Below, in pieces: positions 55,001-64,000 of a DNA stretch of 64,000 nucleotides. The position numbers and the translations under genes were made by a program. The notes under the pieces are model-generated. The model was given only the letters and a program-made list of their open reading frames with translations, searched no databases and was not told where the DNA came from. Source of the DNA: the human T2T-CHM13v2.0 reference genome, Homo sapiens; the NCBI RefSeq assembly GCF_009914755.1, contig NC_060937.1, one strand, 5' to 3'. Each line of letters opens with the position of its first letter. Position 1 is the stretch's first letter.

Positions 55001-57389
55001 CCTCATGGCCACAGAACAGCAGTTCTAAAGAGCTCCAATTGCTTTACAGACATTCTTAAATGAATTCACCCAAGCCCTCAATGAAGTAGGTGACAAATGG
55101 AAGATCTGCTGACAGGATGCTGTCACCATGGCAAACAAAAAGCTATCTGTCTGAGGGACTGTTCTGGCCCAGGGAGATTGGTGTAACATTCTCTTAAGTT
55201 GGTAGTTAGCATTTCTTTCACTTTACCAAAATCACGGGGTGCCTAAGATCTCCTTGAGGACATGGAATATTAGTCTTTGAGTCCCTGTTGCCTAGTCCCA
55301 GTGTTTGGCAAATAGATGGGGCTTAATTAAAGTTTGGAGAATTAAAAAATGAATGAACAGACAGATTGAAGGTGGGGGCATAGGAGTTTGCTTATTTATT
55401 GTTTCACTATGTGGGAAGAGCTTAGGTTAACTGTAACGGAAAATATACAAAGAAGTGATACTGTCTATGCATATGAGATGGAATTAAACGGAACAGAAGG
55501 TTCTTCAACCCTATTGGTTTATTATTACTTCTAACTTTCTATTTAGTCTGCTTTGCAGGATTGAAACAAACAAAATGTACATGAGAATATGTCTGTCTAA
55601 AGTGATTTCCAGATGCTTTTAGCCACTCAGATTCAGAACCATAAGATAGGATGACTTTATACTTCATCAATAAATATATTCCACTAGGACATTTCTATGT
55701 TTTGATGTCAGAGCAGAGGTAGTTTCAAGTTGTACCCCCTTGGCTGATAGAACTCCAAGACATAATTTAGGACTTATTTTACTCATGTAAATATCATCCT
55801 ACAATTTGGCTAGTCAATGTTTGATGCAGTGTTAAACTGAATAAAGTTAAATTTGGAACCAAAACCATTTTAAGCCTAAACCAGTTTCAGTCAGCTTTAA
55901 GATTATGTGGAATGAAGATTTCCAGTGGAATGATGGTACTGGAAGGTCCATGGCCAATTTTCTCAACTGAGACAAAAGCCTGAAACATGAACAAGTCCCA
56001 AAATAGGACTAAAGCAGGATTAATAATGGCATGCCATATGATATTCAACTACAGTAATATCCACTCTGCACACAACTTTATCATCAGTACTTCCTCTTGG
56101 AGCCCAGAAGCTGTATCAGTCACTTTCTGCTTTCCCTGCTGACCTTTTGGGAAATTTTCTGACACTGATGGAATTGTCATTCTGTCACAGTGAAAGACAA
56201 CAGTCATGGAAAATGGTGATTGGCAAAAGCAAGAGCTCAGACTGTTCTGTCCTTGGCAGTTTCAATAAATTTCACCTCCTGATTTAAAGGAAAATGAATG
56301 TTACTTAAAGATTTTGAAGTTTCTTTAGCACATTTCAAAACTGCCTGGCTTACCTAGTGGTAAGGCTAGACAGTCAAGATAACAGAATATAGAAAATGTA
56401 TAGTTTTAAATATTGCAGCTGATCAATTCCTTTTGACAAGTAGAATAACATTGTACCCTTACATTTCTCATTTTTTAGAATGTTGCTTTAAGTTGGTGTG
56501 TATTTTTTTTTAATTCAGTTTAGCTTGGACAAGTTAAACACATACTAGGTTGAGTTTTTCCTACAAAATAGGAGGTTTTCTTTCTTATAATATAGTGACT
56601 ATTTTTTAAGTAAATCTGACCAGATTAATCCAAGTTCTATAACTTACTACCAAGATAATCTTGGGCAGCTTATTTTATCTCCCCAAATCCTTAGTTTATT
56701 CAACGTTAAGTTAAATAAAAATAAATCAAAATATGCACACATCTCATAGGATTCTGGAATGGGTTAGACTCTTACTTAGTGCCATGCCTGGCACTTCACA
56801 AGTTTGCTACACCAAGGGTCTTGGGCACCAGACTATAGGTAAAGCATTTGACATCCAAGTGTTTCAGTGAGTTTATCTAAATAAAAAATTTGCTGTTACA
56901 ATTTAAAACAAAATTAGAAAATTTCTGCCCCAAGATCTTGAAAAAAGTATTTTTTTCTAAATGGTATAGGAAGTGATCAGTTAGTCTTGAATGAATAAAG
57001 TATCTCCTTTAAATCTAAGTCTGCAATAATTTATTCTTTGCCTCTAAAATTATTAGGCATCACTAGAGGCTGAGTTTCCTTTCTTGGGAATTAGGAATGT
57101 GTTCTTTTCCATTGATTTAGCTTCTCTACTGAGCTTCTTATTCTCTCTGTTGACTCTTAGTTCCCAGAAACACTCAAAATATTGCATCATTTTCTTTTTC
57201 CTTTTCTCTCTTAACCATTCCTTTGAAATCAATGTTAAATTTTCTTACCAAAGCCAATTTTCAGAGTGTGGTGGCAAAGCAGTTCTCTTCTGCTTCAAAC
57301 CTGTCCTGATGTGATAACATCAACCTTTAAGAAGTGGAAATGAATGTTTTGAGAAGAAGGGGGTAAGAGCAACTTCCCAACTGCTCCAA

Positions 57390-58001
57390 CTTTTTTTTTT
57401 CAATTTTTCTTTTTTTTTTAATTTTATTTTAAGTTCAGCAGTACATGTGCAGGTTTGTTACACAGGTAAACTTGTATCATGGGTGTTTGTTGTACAGATT
57501 ATTTCATCACCCAGGTATTAAGCCTAGTACCCATTAGTAATTTTTCCTGATCCTCTCCCTCCTCGCACCCCCCAACTTCTGATAGGCCCCAGTGTCTGTT
57601 GTTCCCGTCTATGTGTCCATGTGTTCTCATCATTTAGCTCCTACTTATAAGTGAGAACATGCAGTATTTGGTTTTCTGTGTCATGTTAACTTGCTAAGGA
57701 TAATGGCCTCCAACTCTATCCATGTCCAAGCAAAGGACATGATCTCATTCTTTTTTATGGATGCATAGTATTCCATTGTGTATATATACCACATTTTCTT
57801 TATCCAGTCTATCATTGATGATGATCATCATTGATGAGCATTTAGGTTGATTCCATGTCTTTGCTATCACGAATAGTGTTGCAAAGAACATACATGTGCA
57901 TGTGTCTATATAATAGAACAATTTATATTCATTTGGCTTTATAACCGATAATGAGATTGATGGATCAAATGATAGTTCTGTCTTTAGGTCTTTGAGGAAT
58001 C
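57390..58001 (-). mobile_element. 5'-truncated L1PA (PA11-PA13-like) 3' end
   Basis: T tract then ttttattttaagttcag...gtacatgtgcaggtttgttac...cagattatttcatcacccaggtattaagcctagtaccc ... tttaggtctttgaggaatc. Confidence 0.88.
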
Positions 58002-58024
58002 AGACATCCTTTGATTTAAATATA

Positions 58025-58395
58025 CAGGAAGTCTCTGATTTATGAGGGCTTGGCTTGCTATTTTTAAACTTTACAATAATGAGAATACCATAGGCATTCA
58101 GTAGAAACCATACTTTGAGTACCCATACAACCATTCTGTTTTTTTTTTTCATTTTCATTAAGATATTTAATAAACATATGAGATATTCAACACTTTTTTA
58201 TAAAATGGGCTTTATGTTAGATAAATATGCCCAATTGTTGACTAATACAAGTATTCCAAGCACGTTTAAGTTTGGCTAGGCTAAGCTATGATGTTTGGTA
58301 GATTAAGTGTACTCAATGCACTTTCAACTTAGGGTGTTTTCGAATTACAGTGGGTTTATTGAAATGTAACCCCATCATAACTCAAAGAGTATCTA
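58025..58395 (-). mobile_element. MER47A-like Tigger (TcMar) DNA transposon
   Basis: cattcagtagaaaccatactttgagtacccatacaaccattctg ... ggctaggctaagctatgatgtt ... tgtaaccccatcata. TA flanks at 58023-58024 and 58396-58397. Confidence 0.8.
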
Positions 58396-59755
58396 TAGTC
58401 AGGCACACCACCATTTATCTTTAAGTACAAATGCATGCCCTAACAACATACAGGAATGATACAGGGGAGGAATATCTACAACTGCTCCCTTCTTTGCTAA
58501 CACAGATATTTGAAAAACTATGACAATGCAGTGGTAATCAAAAGTCATTCCTCAATAGACTCCTACTGTCTATCTATCTTATATATCTGTGTATCTATAT
58601 ACATGTATTTATTTTATCATCAAGTTTCTTTGAAGAGCAGACACTGAGTTGAATCAAGAAAAATGACCTGGTTTTGTTCCAGCCCTCTGGACGCCAGGTT
58701 GAGGACAGGCATGCTGGGTAATAACTGTTTTCCACTGAGTACATGCTAGGTCACATTGAAGCCTACCTGGCAGCACCAGCCTTGGTTCCTGGGCTCTCTA
58801 TTGCACCAAGACATTTGTACAGGTGTTAGGGCAGGCCTGGTGTTCTTTTCAGAATATTGAGGGGCTAATTTTTTCTCCCTAGGGGAGCTCTGAGTTACTA
58901 TGATCTACCCTATATTTCTGGAGCTGGCCCCCCTCAACGAGCCAAGGACTGAACTAAAATTGAATTGGAATCAGACTGGCTTGTGCTAAAGGACAAAAGG
59001 CTGCAGTGGGATGTGAGAGTTGGAAGACAGCTTGCGGGCCTGCTCCGCAATGGGGTCCTTTCTATGGCTTCCCTGACAAATGGACTTCCAGACTCTGCTG
59101 GAAAGATGGGGTTGGGGTGGGCAGCCCATTCCATTGGTAGGCTTCTCAAATCATGGAAAGGATTGTCCTTATTTTAAACCAGTATTTACTTTCCTCTAAT
59201 GCCTGCTGTTTCTCTTTCATTTCTCAACTTCTCCATCTCCCTTCCTGCCTCTTAACACTCCCCTTGTCCTTTTAAACCACAGATGTCCTGATCTCTATGT
59301 GATTCTTCTAAAGATAACCATTTAATAATGGGTTTATTTTCAGTAATCCATTAGGTGGAATTAGATAAGATCTGTGACTGTAATAACCACAGAACCTGAA
59401 AATTAATAGGTGGTCAATACATAGAAATTACAATGTAAATACCAATATGATGTACAGGAAAGCATGGGAGCTTTGAAATCAAATAGGCCTAACTTAGACT
59501 GCAGGTCAGGTATTAACTTGCTCCAGTGTCACTTTTCTGAACCTCTGTGGCTTCAGCTTTTATTTTAAAAAGTAACAATAAAACCCATTTTACAAAGTTG
59601 TCTTGAGGATCATCTGTGCAAAGCATCCATAAAGCATGTAGCACAGTTCCTAACACATTGTAGGCACCCAGTAAATCCTAGTCTCCACACCCAACGCATC
59701 CTTCCTCAACCAACCTACCTCATAATCCCAAGTAGCAGTATAAAGAGATTAAGGA

Positions 59756-60139
<384 letters not shown>

Positions 60140-60557
60140 TCACTTCACCTCCTTCATGTAACCCTATCGTATAGAACCCCATCTACCAAAAAGGTTTGCT
60201 GTAAGGATCAAATGAAACAGCAGATGGGTAATAACTTAAAAATCATGGTGTTTTCTCTAAATGTAAGGTATTGTTATTGCCAGCAGTAATTTATCAGTGA
60301 ATAATTGCTGAACGAATGAATGAATGAACTATCTATTCTTTCCACCCCATGCTTCCCCACACTGGAGCAAGGAGGAAAAGCCCAACAAACTCAGTATTGA
60401 AAATTGGTACATACGTCTTTATGGAAACATATGCACATGCATCAATAGACACAAATGCAGGCGAATACTCTCACATGAACATTTGGCAAAGAGTCCCTTG
60501 ACTCAATGCCGATGTAAAATTATAAAAATTTAGATACCTCCTGTTAGAGTTGTCAAC

Positions 60558-60587
60558 TACTGATGCTCTTCCTCTAATTTCTTCTAG
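60558..60587 (+). promoter_or_regulatory. HS6ST3: 3' splice acceptor of HS6ST3 terminal exon (branch-point candidate, pyrimidine tract, AG)
   Basis: tactgAt (candidate branch A at 60563), pyrimidine-rich gctcttcctctaatttcttct, AG at 60586-60587. Protein homology begins exactly after this AG. Confidence 0.9.
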
Positions 60588-61296
60588 GAATTTCTATTAC
60601 ATCACAATGTTACGGGATCCAGTGTCACGTTACCTGAGCGAGTGGAAACATGTCCAGAGAGGGGCCACTTGGAAAACCTCTCTTCATATGTGTGATGGAA
60701 GAAGCCCCACCCCAGATGAGCTGCCTACCTGCTACCCTGGGGATGACTGGTCTGGGGTCAGCTTGCGGGAGTTTATGGATTGCACCTACAACCTGGCTAA
60801 CAATCGCCAGGTGCGCATGCTGGCTGACCTCAGCCTGGTGGGCTGCTATAACTTGACTTTCATGAACGAGAGTGAAAGAAACACCATCCTGTTGCAGAGT
60901 GCAAAGAACAACCTGAAGAACATGGCCTTCTTTGGGCTCACTGAGTTCCAGAGGAAGACACAGTTTCTCTTTGAGAGAACATTCAACCTCAAGTTCATCT
61001 CCCCCTTCACACAGTTCAACATCACGCGGGCTTCTAACGTGGAGATCAACGAGGGTGCCCGCCAACGCATTGAGGATCTAAACTTCCTGGACATGCAGCT
61101 TTACGAGTATGCAAAAGATCTCTTCCAGCAGCGCTACCACCACACCAAGCAGCTAGAGCACCAGAGGGACCGCCAGAAGCGGCGGGAGGAGCGGAGGCTG
61201 CAGCGAGAGCACAGGGACCACCAGTGGCCCAAAGAAGATGGGGCTGCAGAAGGGACTGTCACCGAGGACTACAACAGCCAGGTGGTGAGATGGTGA
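60588..61296 (+). CDS. HS6ST3: Terminal coding exon of heparan-sulfate 6-O-sulfotransferase 3 (C-terminal ~235 aa; first base G completes a split Arg codon)
   Basis: Translation NFYYITMLRDPVSRYLSEWKHVQRGATWKTSLHMCDG...EDYNSQVVRW* is an HS6ST catalytic domain. It has the 3'-phosphate-binding PAPS motif (LRDPVSRYLS), and I recognise the C-terminus as HS6ST3. It is preceded by a canonical acceptor (ttcctctaatttcttctag|G). Stop TGA is at 61294-61296. Confidence 0.96.
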
Positions 61297-62365
61297 CCTC
61301 CTGCCCTCTCCTCTCTCAGGAGGGGGAGGGTGAGCAGGCACATTGACTTTCTGTTGAGGTACCTTGGAGAAGCTGAGCCATTCTGAGGACATCTGGCTGT
61401 GTGTGCTTGATTTGGACATCTTCTTCCTTCTTTGTCTTCATTTTTATCCAGCTGGAGATTATCCGTCTTGTTCTTTTTTTTCTTGACATTTTGCAATTGG
61501 TGATATTAAGTAGGGTAGGAGTGCATCCCATATAGGCCATTTTAGAAGGCCAAGGAGAGCCACACCGAAAAAGGAGACAGTTCCTGTGATCTCCTTTGCA
61601 GGAGCATAGAATAGTTTGGGTACCAGGAACCCACAGAGGCACACATGAAAAGCCAAATTATGGCTTGGATGTTCTGCTGAAACTGGTCTATGTCATACTG
61701 TCTCCTGTTATGAGAATATCAGTTGGTATAAAGAGAGAGAAAGAGAAAAACATTTCAGCCCTTAGATGAGGTCTTACACCAACCCCCACTTGGCTGTTGG
61801 CTGTCATCTTGAACTCTATTTGAATGTGACTTAAATCACAAGTAACGTGTTTTGTTGTTGCAGTTGTTTTGAAACAAAATTATCCTATTATTGACCATTG
61901 CTAGAGACCCACATCCTACAAAATCCTGACACCATAACCTTAAGCCATGCCTTTCCTTCCATCTTTTAGGGAACGGGGAGTGGATCCAGGACAGGGGAGG
62001 TTGTAACCCCTGAGAAATGAACATTGGTAGGAGCATTTAAGAGAAAACTTGCTTATTTGCTAATGCCTAAAGGGGTCTCACTTTACCAATTGTTACTTTC
62101 AATGTGAGGAATGAATGATAAATTAAGAGAAAAAAATATCAGGAAGGTCAATATATGCCTAACATTTCTAAACTGGCCACATAACCTTAGATTTTTAAAG
62201 GAATATTTCAGAGTTTAATCTTTTTGGAGAAGTTATGTTCTTTAATCGGGTACTACCAGTCTTGAAATTTTGCCACCACAGAAAGAAAGATGTTTTTAAA
62301 AGCTTGGCCCAAAGAATAGGAACTTAGCTAGCATGTATACAAAATATATTTGAGGTTACTAAATG

Positions 62366-62371
62366 AATAAA
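62366..62371 (+). promoter_or_regulatory. AATAAA hexamer in the 3' UTR (possible proximal poly(A) signal)
   Basis: aaatgAATAAAaactc. No obvious downstream GU-rich element, so support is weak. Confidence 0.2.
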
Positions 62372-63601
62372 AACTCGGAATTAGGCCAGGAGACATGGAA
62401 TACCATTCATGGGATGGTTATCACAGGAGTTTAGAAAGACTCTGCCTCCCAGCATCTTGAATATCTCCAGCCTGTTCACTGTTTTCTTCCTACATGATCT
62501 TTACCTGTTGTTAGACTGTGGCCACAGCCAGTAAATCAGGCCAGAGTGTCTCAAACTGGACAAGAAATGTGCTGCATTGCCGAGTTCTTATTTTCACCTT
62601 TTCATAATCCCAACTACAATAACAAGAATTTTATTGACTAATAAGGGAATATGTATGGAAGAAGGAAGAGAAAGCCTTTGTCTAGCATTTATTAGGAGGA
62701 TCAGAGTGAGTGGGAAGTTTCACAACGGATTGATCTGATCAATCCCTTCAAGGAGCTGAAGGCAAAATGTGTAAAACCCCTAAATCAGATTGAAAAGCCT
62801 ATTTCATTGATATCCAACATGTTTGATGTTTAAGCTAGCTTTACCTAAGCCACTTCTCAGCCTCCAGAATACTCTCTCTGGGGTTGTGAGTCAGTCAGCC
62901 CACAAGCATTCACAGAGTGCTTACCTGCCCCGAGGGAAGTCCAGCAGCTCCACCAGATAGAGATCTGGAGATGCTTCTCTCACTGTGCTTGGCTTCATCT
63001 GGGGTGCAAGGGAAGGCATTATCGGGTGGCTCCCTTGCTCCAGGAACTGAACGAGGCCCTTTTCATACCTTAAATATATTCTGCACAACAAATGGGTATT
63101 GTTAGTCTCCATTTCATAGATGAAAATAGTGAAGCCCACAGAAAATAAGTAGCTCCTCCACAGGTTGTAAGCTAGGTCTAGCTGACTGCAAAGGTCAAGT
63201 TCTCTTTACTCCGTCACCATATCCATATGGAATAAGGGCTCGTCCTACCTAAAGCTTCCTGCCAATAATGCAAGAAGCCAGCTGCAATTTCCCAGAAGCA
63301 TTTGTCTCTAACCCATGTGGGTAGCCCGACCATGACAGCACCACGCTAACAGTGACCCAGAGCCATACTGCCTTGGGTCAGTCCAGCCCCCTCCACATCA
63401 CTGAGCCATCAATGAGCTGAGAGATCAATGACTTTTTAGGCAGCTGTGTTTTTTAAGCCATATACAAGAGTAAGTTAAAAGGGGCCAAGTAAATGTTGCT
63501 TGTTATTTGGTAGAGATTAGGCTCACAAAATATTTCTCCATTTCCAGTGATTTGTTCCTAAGGTAGAAGGGAAGGAGGATTGCAGCTGGGATTAATGTTC
63601 G

Positions 63602-63622
63602 TCTCTCTCTCTCTCTCTCTCT
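63602..63622 (+). repeat. (TC)n microsatellite in 3' UTR
   Basis: tctctctctctctctctctct. Confidence 0.9.
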
Positions 63623-63702
63623 AGCTTCTCATCTCATTGTTAGGATCTAATGTTCTGCCTAGAATAGCAGGACTGCAAATTATCCTTCTGCCTGCCCCTG
63701 TG

Positions 63703-63731
<29 letters not shown>
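63703..63731 (+). repeat. (AC)n microsatellite in 3' UTR
   Basis: acacacacacacacacacacacacacaca. Confidence 0.9.
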
Positions 63732-63735
<4 letters not shown>

Positions 63736-64000
63736 ATCCAGTGTTTTGTCATGTGGAAAATCAAAACAAGTTAGAAAGCATTCAGATTGTTTCTTTTAAA
63801 CTCACTTTAAAATTTTGGCAAGGAATTCATGCATAACTGAGACTTGGAGGCAGCCCCTGCTCACTTCACGCTGTTCCTTAGGCACCTCGGGATTGGTATC
63901 AAAGGCTTCCACTGCCTTCTGCTGAAGGCATGATGTATGCGGCTCCACTTGAGACCACGTATCAGGATGTTCAGAGGGAGCCAGCTCTTTATGTTGGCCC

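Larger units (their letters stand above)
61297..64000 (+). other. HS6ST3: HS6ST3 3' UTR (probably continues beyond the window)
   Basis: Follows the stop codon and is largely unique, repeat-poor sequence. From recall, the HS6ST3 mRNA has a multi-kb 3' UTR. Confidence 0.75.

Noticed and set aside
60550-60587. N-terminal extension MSTTDALPLISS of the 248-aa ORF
   Set aside because: It starts at TTG and is intronic branch-point/pyrimidine-tract sequence. The real exon starts at 60588.
60625-61094. Antisense and alternate-frame ORFs (146, 68 and 82 aa) over the HS6ST3 exon
   Set aside because: Shadow ORFs of a GC-rich coding exon with no recognisable homology

Overview
Primate (most likely human) genomic DNA, not prokaryotic. 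The window covers the last ~60.6 kb of a very large intron and the start of the terminal exon of heparan-sulfate 6-O-sulfotransferase 3 (HS6ST3) on the + strand. The 3' splice site is at 60587/60588, the CDS runs 60588-61296, and a 3' UTR follows, probably running past the window end. The intron is repeat-rich. It holds a full-length but dead sense-oriented L1PA7-like element (~953-7429), a 5'-inverted (twin-primed) L1PA2/3-like fragment, older L1M/L1PA fragments, five Alus, MER21, THE1/MST and MLT1 LTRs, a MER47A/Tigger element, L2/MIR relics and microsatellites. Nearly all other ORFs in the track are chance or repeat-derived. I found no evidence for a novel coding system. The most unusual signals are template-switch scars: a layered rearrangement at 26.5-28.0 kb (micro-inversion plus inverted templated insertions, later hit by an L1) and a cluster of hairpin and duplication events at 47.9-48.6 kb. 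Repeat subfamily names come from recalled consensus sequences and were not confirmed by RepeatMasker.
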